In this document: positions 25,553 through 34,422 of the stretch, piece by piece
How positions within the stretch are numbered: the first letter of the stretch is position 1
How the letters are laid out: each line of letters starts with the position of its first letter
Assembly: GCA_964605355.1 (NCBI GenBank)
Contig: CAZSCE010000003.1
Span: forward strand, 1-55,667
Length of the DNA stretch: 55,667 bases
Reading direction: 5' to 3'
From: an uncultured Candidatus Saccharibacteria bacterium
Lineage (GTDB): Bacteria; Patescibacteriota; Minisyncoccia; Phycocordibacterales; GWA1-40-21
Notes under the pieces: model-generated
What the model was told of the DNA's origin: nothing
The model's database searches: none
Seen by the model: only the letters and a program-made list of their open reading frames with translations
Made by a program: the position numbers and the translations under genes

Positions 25553-25645
25553 AGGACTAAAAATTATTTAAATTTTTTACGCTTCACCCTTCCTGAGTAC
25601 AGGTGGGCTCCGACGCGATAAAAAATTCAAACAATATTTAATCCT
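25553..25645. repeat. Family C element in the rplK leader
   Basis: Core CCCTTCCTGAGTACAGGTGGGCTCCGACGCGA with imperfect AT-rich arms AGGACTAAAAATTATTTAAATTTTTTA/TAAAAAATTCAAACAATATTTAATCCT. Confidence 0.85.
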
Positions 25646-25654
25646 TCAAATAAC

Positions 25655-26080
25655 ATGGCAAAGAAAATAACAAAGAAATTAAAATTACAAATTCCCGCTG
25701 GTAAAGCTAACCCAGCTCCACCAGTTGGTCCCGCCTTAGGTCAGGCCGGTATTAATATTGGTGATTTTGTACAGAAATTTAACGCCGCCACCGCCAAACA
25801 AATGGGGGATATTGTGCCGGTAGAAATTACTGTTTATGAAGACCGCAGTTATGATTTTAGATTAAAGACCCCACCAGCTACTGGTTTGATTTTGAAGGCG
25901 GCTGGCGTGGAGAGTGGTTCTGGCAAGCAGTTAGTCAAAAAGGCTGGTACTATCACCCGTGCGCAGTGTAAAGCTATTGCGGAGAAGAAAATGGCGGATT
26001 TGAATGCCAATGATATCAACGCCGCTATGAAAATCATTGAGGGTTCCTGTAGGTCTATGGGGATTGAAGTGAAAGGCTAA
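25655..26080 (+). CDS. rplK: 50S ribosomal protein L11
   Basis: [30 protein letters not shown]. Confidence 0.98.
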   Translation: MAKKITKKLKLQIPAGKANPAPPVGPALGQAGINIGDFVQKFNAATAKQMGDIVPVEITVYEDRSYDFRLKTPPATGLILKAAGVESGSGKQLVKKAGTITRAQCKAIAEKKMADLNANDINAAMKIIEGSCRSMGIEVKG

Positions 26081-26099
26081 TAAAACTCATATTACAAAC

Positions 26100-26132
26100 A
26101 AAAAGCAACCCCTAATCAAGGGTTGTTTTTTT
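26100..26132 (+). terminator. Intrinsic terminator after rplK
   Basis: AAAAAGCAACCC-CTAATCAA-GGGTTGTTTTTT. Confidence 0.8.
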
Positions 26133-26157
26133 ATTATTAAAGCGTAAAATTGACTGT

Positions 26158-26649
26158 ATGTCTGAAACATACAAGAGACCAAGTTGGGATGAATATTTTA
26201 TGAATATTGTGCACGCCGTGGGCGCGCGGGCCACTTGTGATAGAGGACGAACTGGTTGTGTTTTGGTAAAAGATAAACATATTATTTCTACTGGTTATGT
26301 GGGGGCACCAGCTGGGTGCAAAAGTTGTGATGATATAGATCATGAAATGAATACTGTAGTGCATGAAGATGGCACGCAAAGCAAACATTGCATCAGAACT
26401 ACTCATAATGAACAAAACGCCATTGCCCAAGCCGCCAGAATGGGTATTAGCACAGATGGATCAACTTTATATTGTATGATGACGCCTTGTTATACTTGTG
26501 CCAAACTCATTATTAATGCCGGAATAAAAAGAGTGGTAGCGGAAAAGGATTATCACGCCGGTACCAGGAGCAAAGACATTTTTAAAGAAGCCGGGGTTCA
26601 GTATGAATTACTAAATTCAGAAATGGTCACTTATGCTAATATGAAATAA
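26158..26649 (+). CDS. dCMP deaminase (ComEB family)
   Basis: RPSWDEYFM, H.EQNAI, PCYTCAK Zn motifs. Confidence 0.92.
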   Translation: MSETYKRPSWDEYFMNIVHAVGARATCDRGRTGCVLVKDKHIISTGYVGAPAGCKSCDDIDHEMNTVVHEDGTQSKHCIRTTHNEQNAIAQAARMGISTDGSTLYCMMTPCYTCAKLIINAGIKRVVAEKDYHAGTRSKDIFKEAGVQYELLNSEMVTYANMK

Positions 26650-26650
26650 A

Positions 26651-27205
26651 ATGGCTAAACTAATTTTAGGTTTAACTGGACCTATTGCCAGTGGTAAGGG
26701 CACGGTCAAAAAATATATTGTAGAAAAATATGGGGCCAAGGACTGCCGTTTTTCCACTATTTTGAGAGATGTGTTGGATAGAATAAATATCCCCACCAGC
26801 CGGGATAATTTGATAACTGTGTCCACCGTTTTACGCCAAACTTTTGGTGAGGATTTATTAGCCAAAGCCATCACCAAAGATGCCTCAAACTTAGAATCAG
26901 ATATTGTCATTATTGATGGTATCAGAAGAATGACGGATATTGGTCATTTGATGAATCTGGAACATTTTATTTTAATAAGTGTGGATGCAGACCCTAAAAT
27001 TCGTTACGAGCGTCTTGTTTTAAGAAATGAAAATGAGGGTGATATTAAAAAAACTTTTGAGGATTTTTTAAACGATCACAAAAGAGAAACCGAGCTTACT
27101 ATTCCTGAGGTGATGGGTTATGCCAAGGAGAAAATTGATAATAACGGTTCCCTTGAAGAATTATATAAGCAAATTGACGGCATAATAGCTAAATATTTAA
27201 AATGA
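26651..27205 (+). CDS. P-loop nucleotide kinase (dephospho-CoA kinase-like / putative dNMP kinase)
   Basis: GLTGPIASGKGT, IDGIR, R..RL..R, NNGSLEEL. Confidence 0.75.
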   Translation: MAKLILGLTGPIASGKGTVKKYIVEKYGAKDCRFSTILRDVLDRINIPTSRDNLITVSTVLRQTFGEDLLAKAITKDASNLESDIVIIDGIRRMTDIGHLMNLEHFILISVDADPKIRYERLVLRNENEGDIKKTFEDFLNDHKRETELTIPEVMGYAKEKIDNNGSLEELYKQIDGIIAKYLK

Positions 27206-27831
27206 AAAAAGGTTTATTTATTGTGGTAGACAGCGGTGAGGGGTCCGGCAAAACTACTCAACTTAAAAAGGCCCAAGAGTTTTTTGGGGAGACTTTGGTG
27301 CTGACGCGTGAACCGGGTGGTTCACCTTATGCTGAGGAGATTCGTCAGATCATTTTAAAATCTCCACACGCTGGGCAGGCTGATGCTAAAACTTTGTTTG
27401 CCTTGTTTTGGGCAGCCAGAGCAGATCATATGAAAAACACAGTTCTGCCGGCTTTGAAGGCGGGCAAGATTGTGATCAGTGACCGTTTTGATTCATCCAC
27501 TTTTGCTTATCAGATTATTGCGCAAGGAGCCAAGGAGTTGAAGAAATTCTTTTGGCAGATGCGTGATTTTTATTTGGGTGATGTCAAACCGGATCTGTAT
27601 GTTTACTTTGATATTGAACCCGCCGTTGGTTTGGCGCGGAAGAATAATCAAGGTGGGGAAGAATTGAACCACTTTGAGGCCAGGGACCTAACTTTTCATA
27701 ATGCCCTCAGGCGTGGGTACAAGGAGTTCATCAAGCATGTGCCCAGCAAGGTGATAGATGCCAGTCAGCCTATTGATAAAGTCTGGGAGGACTTTAAAAA
27801 GGTGCTGGACCGGCGAATGTCAGAGAGGTAA
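27202..27831 (+). CDS. tmk: Thymidylate kinase
   Basis: GSGKTT, TREPGG, AARA.H, SDRF.SST.AYQ. Confidence 0.95.
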   Translation: MKKGLFIVVDSGEGSGKTTQLKKAQEFFGETLVLTREPGGSPYAEEIRQIILKSPHAGQADAKTLFALFWAARADHMKNTVLPALKAGKIVISDRFDSSTFAYQIIAQGAKELKKFFWQMRDFYLGDVKPDLYVYFDIEPAVGLARKNNQGGEELNHFEARDLTFHNALRRGYKEFIKHVPSKVIDASQPIDKVWEDFKKVLDRRMSER

Positions 27832-27844
27832 AAAAAGAAATAAG

Positions 27845-27878
27845 AAAAGGGCGTCCGCGGCGGACGCCCTTTATTTTT
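27845..27878. terminator. Bidirectional terminator between tmk and folA
   Basis: AAAAGGGCGTCCG-CGG-CGGACGCCCTT-TATTTTT. Confidence 0.85.
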
Positions 27879-27884
27879 CCGATT

Positions 27885-28379
27885 TTATTCTCGGATCAGT
27901 TCAAGGAAAGTAAAGCTGGCTGAATTTTTCTCATCCTGGCCGTGAGGCTCAGACGATATTATTTTCCAGCTCTCTTTTCCAAAACGGAAGAATGTGTCAC
28001 CTTCACAAGTAACAGAAACCTCCGTCACATACAATTTGTCTGCTATTGGTAAAAACTGCTCATAGATCTGGCCTCCGCCAATAACAAACACCTCCTCTGG
28101 ATTTTGGGAAAACATTTTTACTACCTCAGTCACTGACGGCACCACCAAGCAACCCGGCGCGCTAAAATCAGCTTGTGAGGTAATAACAATATTTTTCCTG
28201 TCCGGCAAAGCGTGTCCCAGCCTCCGCATAATTGATTCATAAGTCTTCCGGCCCATGATCACGGTGTGGCCCTTGGTCAGCTTGGCAAAATGCCTCAGAT
28301 CACCGGAAAGATTCCAGGGCAGATTACCCCCCTTCCCAATAACCCCATTCAGAGACCTGGCAACAATAATGGATATCAT
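27885..28379 (-). CDS. folA: Dihydrofolate reductase
   Basis: N.VIG..G.LPW.L..DL.HF, IMGRKTYESI, LP.R.NIV, VIGG, GDT.F. Confidence 0.97.
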   Translation of the reverse strand: MISIIVARSLNGVIGKGGNLPWNLSGDLRHFAKLTKGHTVIMGRKTYESIMRRLGHALPDRKNIVITSQADFSAPGCLVVPSVTEVVKMFSQNPEEVFVIGGGQIYEQFLPIADKLYVTEVSVTCEGDTFFRFGKESWKIISSEPHGQDEKNSASFTFLELIRE

Positions 28380-28393
28380 TTTTCCTTTCTTGG

Positions 28394-29236
28394 TTAAACA
28401 ATCATCTCGGCCTTGATGGCAGGATGGTGTTCATAGTCTAAAAGCTTGATATCATTCATCGTGAATTTGTAAATATCCTTTACCTCCGGGTTTAGCCAGA
28501 GTTTGGGGAGCTTCATTGGTTCACGAGAAAGTTGTTCCTTCACGGCGTCAAAGTGCTCGTGATAGATGTGTGCGTCATTCAGTGTGAGAACACATTCATG
28601 AGGCGTCATACCCACCACCTGAGCCACCATAGCCAAGAGCAGAGCGTAGGAGGCAATGTTAAAGGGCACGCCCAAGAACATGTCACAACTGCGCTGAGTC
28701 ATATGCAGAGAAAGTTTCCCGTTGGCCGCAAAGAACTGGAAGATCATGTGACAAGGTGGCAGAGCCATCTGGTCAATTTCTCCCGGATTCCAAGCTGTTA
28801 CTACCAGGCGACGGTCATTCGGGTCTTTCTTGAGTTGGTTGATCAGATTAGTCATCTGATCTACAGATGCCCCGTCTGTTTTTTTCCAGTCTCTCCACTG
28901 CACACCATAAACGCGCCCTAGGTCTCCAGGGAACTTTGCTTTTGGCTTCCAGTAAGGAGCCTCAGCATTATCCGTCCAGATGGTGTGCTTGGCTGGTACT
29001 CCGTCCTTGCTCATAATTTCCTTTAGACGCTCGTCACTGCCACTGCCTTCCAAAAACCAGAGCAGCTCACCTTTAACCGCGTTAAAAGCTAGCTGTTTGG
29101 TGGTCACGGCTGGGAAGCCTCCCTCCATGTTGAAACGCATTTGGATGGCAAAACAGGCGCGGGTCATGGCATTTCTGCCTTGGCGATCAACACCAGTTTC
29201 AAGAATCTGCTTTAGAACGTTATTGTATGTTTTCAT
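28394..29236 (-). CDS. thyA: Thymidylate synthase
   Basis: ELLWFL.G, GRVYG.QWR, MALPPCH, QRSCDMFLGVPFN, HIY. Confidence 0.98.
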   Translation of the reverse strand: MKTYNNVLKQILETGVDRQGRNAMTRACFAIQMRFNMEGGFPAVTTKQLAFNAVKGELLWFLEGSGSDERLKEIMSKDGVPAKHTIWTDNAEAPYWKPKAKFPGDLGRVYGVQWRDWKKTDGASVDQMTNLINQLKKDPNDRRLVVTAWNPGEIDQMALPPCHMIFQFFAANGKLSLHMTQRSCDMFLGVPFNIASYALLLAMVAQVVGMTPHECVLTLNDAHIYHEHFDAVKEQLSREPMKLPKLWLNPEVKDIYKFTMNDIKLLDYEHHPAIKAEMIV

Positions 29237-29375
29237 CTTTTTACTCTCCTTATTTATTTGTTAAAAGACCGTTATTGGTCCATCTTTATAATAGCTTTAA
29301 TCTGATAAAAAACAAGACTTGTTATTAATCATAATCTAATCTAGAATTGATGATATATAAATAATTTTTATTACA

Positions 29376-30632
29376 ATGAAAGATAAACAAATTGAGAAAC
29401 TTATTAAGGCAGAGGAGGGGAGGCAGAAGAAAAATATTTCTTTAATTGCGTCAGAAAATTATGTGTCTGACGATGTACTAAAGGCCCTCGGTTCAAAACT
29501 CACGAATAAATATTCAGAAGGTTATCCTGGTCACCGTTATTATGGGGGGCAAACTTTTACGGACAAGATAGAGATTTTGTGCCAAGAGAGAGCACTTAAA
29601 CTTTTTAAATTAAATAAAAATGATTGGGCCGTAAATGTTCAGCCCTTGTCTGGCTCACCGGCAAACTTGGCGGTTTATATTGCTTCTGTTCCGCTTGGTG
29701 GGAAAATAATGGGCATGTCTCTGGATCATGGTGGGCATTTAACTCACGGACATAAAGTGTCAGCCACCGGTAAAATCTGGCAACAAATTGCTTATGGTGT
29801 GGATGCTAAAACAGAACAGCTGGATTATGAAGCCATAAAAAAATTAGCAATTGAGTCTAAACCAAATATTATTGTGGCCGGTTATACCGCTTATCCGCGC
29901 ACCGTGGATTTTAAAAAGTTTCGGGAAATTGCAGATGCCTGCCCGAACATTGATCTTAATGGGCGGGGTGAGAAACCTATTTTTATGGTAGATATGTCAC
30001 ACTTTGCGGGACTCGTGGCGGGGGGTGCGTATCCATCACCGTTTGAATATGCGGATGTGGTAACCACGACGGTGCATAAAACTTTGCGTGGCCCTAGGAG
30101 TGCCATGATTTTTTCTAGAAAAGATAAAACACAAGTGAATGCGAAAGGGAATACGGTAAATCTAAGTGACTTGATTGATAAAGCGATTTTTCCCGGGCTT
30201 CAAGGTGGCCCGCATATGAATCAAATTGCCGCTGTGGCCGTGGCCCTAAAAGAAGCTTCCGCCCCCGCTTTTAAAATTTATGCCAAGCAAGTCGTAAAGA
30301 ATGCCAAAGTACTGGCCAGTGAATTACAAAAGCTCGGTTGGCGGATTGTGTCCGGTGGCACAGATAGCCATTTGCTTTTGGTGGATACTTGGAATGGAGG
30401 TAACCCTTCGACTAAGCTCAGGGCAAGTGGGATTACCGGAGCAGAAGCTTCAGTAAAATTGGAAAAAGCCGGAATTATTGTAAATAAAAATACCATCCCA
30501 AATGAAACTCGTAGTGCTTATGATCCGTCTGGTATCCGCCTTGGCACCGCCGGGGAAACCACTCGTGGTGCCAAGGAACGCGATATGATCAAACTCGCCA
30601 AAAGAATTGACCAGGCGTTGAGAAAAAAATAA
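29376..30632 (+). CDS. glyA: Serine hydroxymethyltransferase
   Basis: LIASEN, NKYSEGYPG.RYYGG, TTT.HKTLRGPR, FPGLQGGP, SGIRLGT. Confidence 0.98.
   Translation: MKDKQIEKLIKAEEGRQKKNISLIASENYVSDDVLKALGSKLTNKYSEGYPGHRYYGGQTFTDKIEILCQERALKLFKLNKNDWAVNVQPLSGSPANLAVYIASVPLGGKIMGMSLDHGGHLTHGHKVSATGKIWQQIAYGVDAKTEQLDYEAIKKLAIESKPNIIVAGYTAYPRTVDFKKFREIADACPNIDLNGRGEKPIFMVDMSHFAGLVAGGAYPSPFEYADVVTTTVHKTLRGPRSAMIFSRKDKTQVNAKGNTVNLSDLIDKAIFPGLQGGPHMNQIAAVAVALKEASAPAFKIYAKQVVKNAKVLASELQKLGWRIVSGGTDSHLLLVDTWNGGNPSTKLRASGITGAEASVKLEKAGIIVNKNTIPNETRSAYDPSGIRLGTAGETTRGAKERDMIKLAKRIDQALRKK
30404..30427 (+). repeat. Family F variant in frame in glyA (PSTKLRAS)
   Basis: CCCT-TCGACTAAGCTC-AGGG-CAAG; the outer stem covaries with TGGT/ACCA of the ruvA and zwf copies. 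Confidence 0.75.
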
Positions 30633-30646
30633 ATTTTTAAACTGGG

Positions 30647-31069
30647 ATGAAATTAAAAATTAAAAAATTACATAGTGAGGCGGTGATGCCAAAGTATGCT
30701 CATCCAGGGGATGTGGGGATGGATATGTTTTCTTTGGAAGATTATGATTTGAAGCCCATGGAGCGCCGAATTTTCCCATGTGGTTTTGCTTTGGAATTTG
30801 AAACGGGTTTTGCGGCCATTGTAAAAGATAAAGGATCACTACCAAAAAATGCCGGTCTGCACACTATGGGCGGAGTTTTTGATGCGGGATACCGAGGTGA
30901 GTATAATATTAATTTAATAAATTTAGGATCAGAAACTTATCATATTTCCAAAGGTGATAAAATTGCGCAACTTATTATTTATCCAGTGGTGATTGCGGAG
31001 CTTGAAGAGACCACAGAATTATCAGACTCCAGCCGGGGTGACGGCCGATTCGGTAGTACTGGTAAGTAG
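30647..31069 (+). CDS. dut: dUTP diphosphatase
   Basis: G.D, G..DAGYRGE, GDKIAQL, RG.G.FGSTG. Confidence 0.95.
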   Translation: MKLKIKKLHSEAVMPKYAHPGDVGMDMFSLEDYDLKPMERRIFPCGFALEFETGFAAIVKDKGSLPKNAGLHTMGGVFDAGYRGEYNINLINLGSETYHISKGDKIAQLIIYPVVIAELEETTELSDSSRGDGRFGSTGK

Positions 31070-31104
31070 GGACAGAAACTGCTTTTTGTGTTAGTGTATT
31101 CCTC

Positions 31105-32457
31105 ATGGTTAAGAAAGTTATAAAAAAAGCAAAAATTACCCCTAAAAAGAGAAAGCCTTTGCTACATTCTAAATTCCAAATTCCAAATTCTACCTATGAT
31201 GTAATCATCATCGGTGGGGGGCCGGCGGGGCTGATGGCGGCGTGTTCAGCCGGGGCGGAAAATAAGAAAGTTTTGGTTATTGAGAAGAATGATGAACTTG
31301 GCAAGAAATTATTGATCTCCGGCGGTGGGCGCTGTAATTTGACGAATGCCAACCCTAACCATCGGGAATTTGTCAGCAAGTATGGTAAGAAAGGCAACTT
31401 TTTATTTTCACCCTTCTCCATTTTTGGTGTACCGCAAACTATTAAATTTTTTAATGATTTGGGGATGAAAACTAAAACAGAGGCGGGCTTCCGCGTTTTT
31501 CCGGAGAGTGATAGTTCCGCGGATGTTTTAAATATTTTAGTAAATAGAGCCAAAGAACTTGGCGTAGAATTTAAATTAAATGCCGAGGTAGAAAAAATTA
31601 ACACGAAAAATAAAGAAATAATTTCTGTCAGCCTGAAGGGCGGCGAAAAAATATTGGGTCATAAATTTATTTTGACCACCGGGGGCATGTCTCATCCGGA
31701 AACTGGATCAACTGGGGATGGCTTTAAATGGCTAAAGGAAATAGGGCATAAAGTGGCCGAGAGCAACCCCTCTTTAGTGCCCATAAAAATCAGTAATTCT
31801 TGGGTGAGTGAGCTTTCTGGGATTGTCTTGGATAAAGTGGGTGTTTCTGTTTGGTCACCGTCCGGTAATCAGGGTTATCAAAAAGTTTTAAATAAAGTGG
31901 GCCGGGTATTATTTACACATGTGGGCCTCACGGGCCCCACCATATTAAATATGAGTAAGGCGGTGGGGGAATATTTAGAATACCCGCCGGTAGATGGCCG
32001 GGCCGGCAGTGACGTGCTTATTTCCATAGATTTTTTCCCCGGCGTGGGTTTAGATATTATGCATGCCAATATGCTAAAAACTTTTGAAATAAATGTAAAT
32101 AAAAAAATAAAAAATCTGAGTTTCAAGGAAGTGCCGGCAAAAATATTTGATTTGATTTTAAAACAGTTGGAAATAGATCCAGAGTGGGAGATAAATGAAA
32201 TCAAGCGGGAGGAGCGCCTGGCCTTGGTGGAAAAGTTTAAAAAGTTTGAAATGACAGTGGCCGGCCTTTTGGGTTATGACAAAGCCATCATTTCCAGTGG
32301 TGGTTTAGATTTATCAGAAGTGGATTTTAAAACCATGGCCTCCAAATTATACGGAAATTTATTTTTTGCCGGTGACATCCTCGATTTTGACCGCCCTTCC
32401 GGCGGCTTCTCCCTCCAGCTCTGCTGGACCACGGGGTATATAGCAGGTAAAAACTAA
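31105..32457 (+). CDS. HI0933/BaiN family NAD(P)/FAD-dependent oxidoreductase
   Basis: IIGGGPAG, GKKLLISGGGRCNLTN, TGG.S.P.TGSTGDG, LFTH.GLTGP, GG..LQ. Confidence 0.93.
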   Translation: MVKKVIKKAKITPKKRKPLLHSKFQIPNSTYDVIIIGGGPAGLMAACSAGAENKKVLVIEKNDELGKKLLISGGGRCNLTNANPNHREFVSKYGKKGNFLFSPFSIFGVPQTIKFFNDLGMKTKTEAGFRVFPESDSSADVLNILVNRAKELGVEFKLNAEVEKINTKNKEIISVSLKGGEKILGHKFILTTGGMSHPETGSTGDGFKWLKEIGHKVAESNPSLVPIKISNSWVSELSGIVLDKVGVSVWSPSGNQGYQKVLNKVGRVLFTHVGLTGPTILNMSKAVGEYLEYPPVDGRAGSDVLISIDFFPGVGLDIMHANMLKTFEINVNKKIKNLSFKEVPAKIFDLILKQLEIDPEWEINEIKREERLALVEKFKKFEMTVAGLLGYDKAIISSGGLDLSEVDFKTMASKLYGNLFFAGDILDFDRPSGGFSLQLCWTTGYIAGKN

Positions 32458-32536
32458 GCATTTACAGTCCTATTTTCTTGTCTCCCAATACTTATCCACC
32501 GTTGTGGTGAACGTCCGTTCACTATATAATGTATGT

Positions 32537-32979
32537 ATGAAAAAGAAACAAATTAAAAATGAGGTGGTAATTTATCAGACGAAGAGCGGGTCGATAGAAT
32601 TTAAAGGTGATTATAAGCATGAAAATATATGGGCCACTCAAGCTCAGATAGTAGATCTTTTTAACGTTGATCAGTCTGTGGTTTCTCGTCACGTTCACAA
32701 TATTTTTAAGGAAGGAGAGATAGATGAAAAAAGCAATATGCAAAAAATGCATAATGCAATTTCAGATAAGCAGTCACTTATTACTCTTTAGATGTAATTT
32801 TAGCCATTGGTTACAGGACAAATTCTAGGATCGCAGTACAGTTTCGTCAGTGGGCCACCAGGACTTTGCGTCAATATATTACCCAAGGCTATGTCATTAA
32901 TCGGGCCAAAGTTTCCAAAAATTATGGGATGTCGTTGAAAAACATGGCATCAATCCGCGTCGAGTCAGAGACTTTGTGA
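32537..32979 (+). pseudogene. RhuM/virulence-protein family gene, frameshifted and truncated
   Basis: IW.TQ.QI..LF.V..S.VS.H..NIF.EGE. A 1-nt deletion near 32771 (AAG CA GTC); the shifted frame gives YYSLDVILAIGYRTNS..A.QFRQWAT..L..Y...GY. Confidence 0.85.
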
Positions 32980-33104
32980 ATAATGGAGATTATCAAAAGG
33001 GAGCAGAATTTATTAGAAAAGAAAGAGAATCTCTTGCAAAAAGGCTAAAATAAGGCAGAAAAAGTGTCAGGAATACTTTGTAATAAATATGTTACAATGT
33101 CGGG

Positions 33105-33443
33105 ATGCAAACATTAATATTAATCATCGTGGGGATAGTGGCGGTGGGGTTGGGGTATTGGCTGGGTAGAAATAAAAGTAAAAAGGGCGGTTGTGTAAAT
33201 AATAATGATGCAGAAAAGAAGACAGGCTTAATAGAACAGCAGGCGGAGGAGAAGAAGCGGAATTTGGAAGCTATTTTGGGCTTGATGAGAAGTGGAAATC
33301 AGCCTTTGACGAATAATGACGTGGAAGCGATGCTTGGTATACCAGAGTCTACCGTGACCAGATATTTTGATGAATTGGAAAAGGCCGGCAAGGTAAGGCA
33401 GATCGGCCAAACTGGCCGGGACGTGGCTTATGAATTAAAGTAA
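33105..33443 (+). CDS. Membrane-anchored winged-helix protein
   Basis: N-terminal TM; TNNDVE.MLG..ESTVTRYFDELEK.GKV.Q.G.TGR.V.Y wHTH. Confidence 0.75.
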   Translation: MQTLILIIVGIVAVGLGYWLGRNKSKKGGCVNNNDAEKKTGLIEQQAEEKKRNLEAILGLMRSGNQPLTNNDVEAMLGIPESTVTRYFDELEKAGKVRQIGQTGRDVAYELK

Positions 33444-33461
33444 TACAAAGTATTTCGATCT

Positions 33462-33514
33462 AACCTTCTCCTCAGTTGAGGAGAAGGTGTCATTCTGATG
33501 ATGGATGAGGTTGT
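33462..33514 (-). repeat. Family A half-element, reverse orientation
   Basis: Reverse complement ACAACCTCATCCATCATCAGAATGACACCTTCTCCTCAACTGAGGAGAAGG. Confidence 0.8.
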
Positions 33515-33574
33515 CTAGGGGAGGTGGTGTGTTACGGATGAGGTTGTGTAGGAGAGGCTAGGTGAGGTTGTCTA

Positions 33575-33607
33575 AACGGCTCAACGGGCCGGCCCCGTTG
33601 AGCCGTT
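33575..33607. repeat. Hairpin element family B, copy 2
   Basis: AACGGCTCAACGG-N7-CCGTTGAGCCGTT. Confidence 0.85.
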
Positions 33608-33698
33608 CCTTGGGGGAGGGTAAAAAAAAGGGGGGCTTATAGACTTGTTGACAATTACTTGACAATTGAATATAGATTAGTTTACAATGGGGTTACTT

Positions 33699-33989
33699 AT
33701 GATAAATAATAAACTATCTTACAACTTGCCAGTAATAATAACTAAGCAAAATAAGCGTTTTGTGGCTTATACTCCGGCTCTGGATATTTCCACTTCAGGA
33801 AGGTCTGAAAAGGAGGTCAAGAACCGTTTTGTAGAACTGGCTAATCTTTTTTTAGAGGAAATTATAGAAGCTAAAACAGCCGAGGATGTTTTGACAGAAT
33901 TAGGCTGGACAAAAATGCAAAAGGTTTGGACGCCGCCTAAAATTGTTTCATCTCAATCTATTGGATTAAAAATCCCTGCTTTTGCCTAA
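33699..33989 (+). CDS. HicB-like antitoxin
   Basis: FVAY.PALD.STSG.S..E....F.E...LF.EE partial RNase H-like fold; TTGACA-N18-TACAAT promoter at 33659-33688 puts the start at 33699. Confidence 0.8.
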   Translation: MINNKLSYNLPVIITKQNKRFVAYTPALDISTSGRSEKEVKNRFVELANLFLEEIIEAKTAEDVLTELGWTKMQKVWTPPKIVSSQSIGLKIPAFA

Positions 33990-33995
33990 TCATTT

Positions 33996-34226
33996 ATGCC
34001 CCGCATCCAATCAATACATTGGAAGGAATTTGAAAAGTTCCTATTAAAAGTGGGCTGTGAGTTTAAGAGAGAGAAGGGTGATCACCGGGTATACTGGAAG
34101 GTGGGAATAAAAAGACCAATTATTGTACCAAGAGAGACTTCTCTGCCGGCTTTTATTATTCTAAATAATTTAAAGGTATTAAGTATCTCAAGGGAGCAGT
34201 ATTTAAGGATTATCTCTGAAAAGTAA
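33996..34226 (+). CDS. HicA-like toxin (mRNA interferase)
   Basis: FL.K.G..F.R.KGDH..Y.K....RPI.VP; 76 aa, basic. Confidence 0.85.
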   Translation: MPRIQSIHWKEFEKFLLKVGCEFKREKGDHRVYWKVGIKRPIIVPRETSLPAFIILNNLKVLSISREQYLRIISEK

Positions 34227-34246
34227 AAAAATGCTATAATACGCAA

Positions 34247-34408
34247 ATGGTAATAGATATTGAATTAACTTTGAATAGGTGGGGGTTTGGCAGGATTGCG
34301 GAAAATAAATTCCAATTCCTGTGCCTTAGATTTTCCAAATGGAAAATTCCCAATAAATATTCCATCTCCTTTGAAATAAATTGGAAAGTGGGGGATAAAA
34401 AGATTTAA
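34247..34408 (+). CDS. 53-aa hypothetical small protein
   Basis: MVIDIELTLNRWGFGRIAENKFQFLCLRFSKWKIPNKYSISFEINWKVGDKKI, preceded by TGC-TATAAT-N6-ATG. Confidence 0.5.
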   Translation: MVIDIELTLNRWGFGRIAENKFQFLCLRFSKWKIPNKYSISFEINWKVGDKKI

Positions 34409-34422
34409 TAAATAAAATATAA

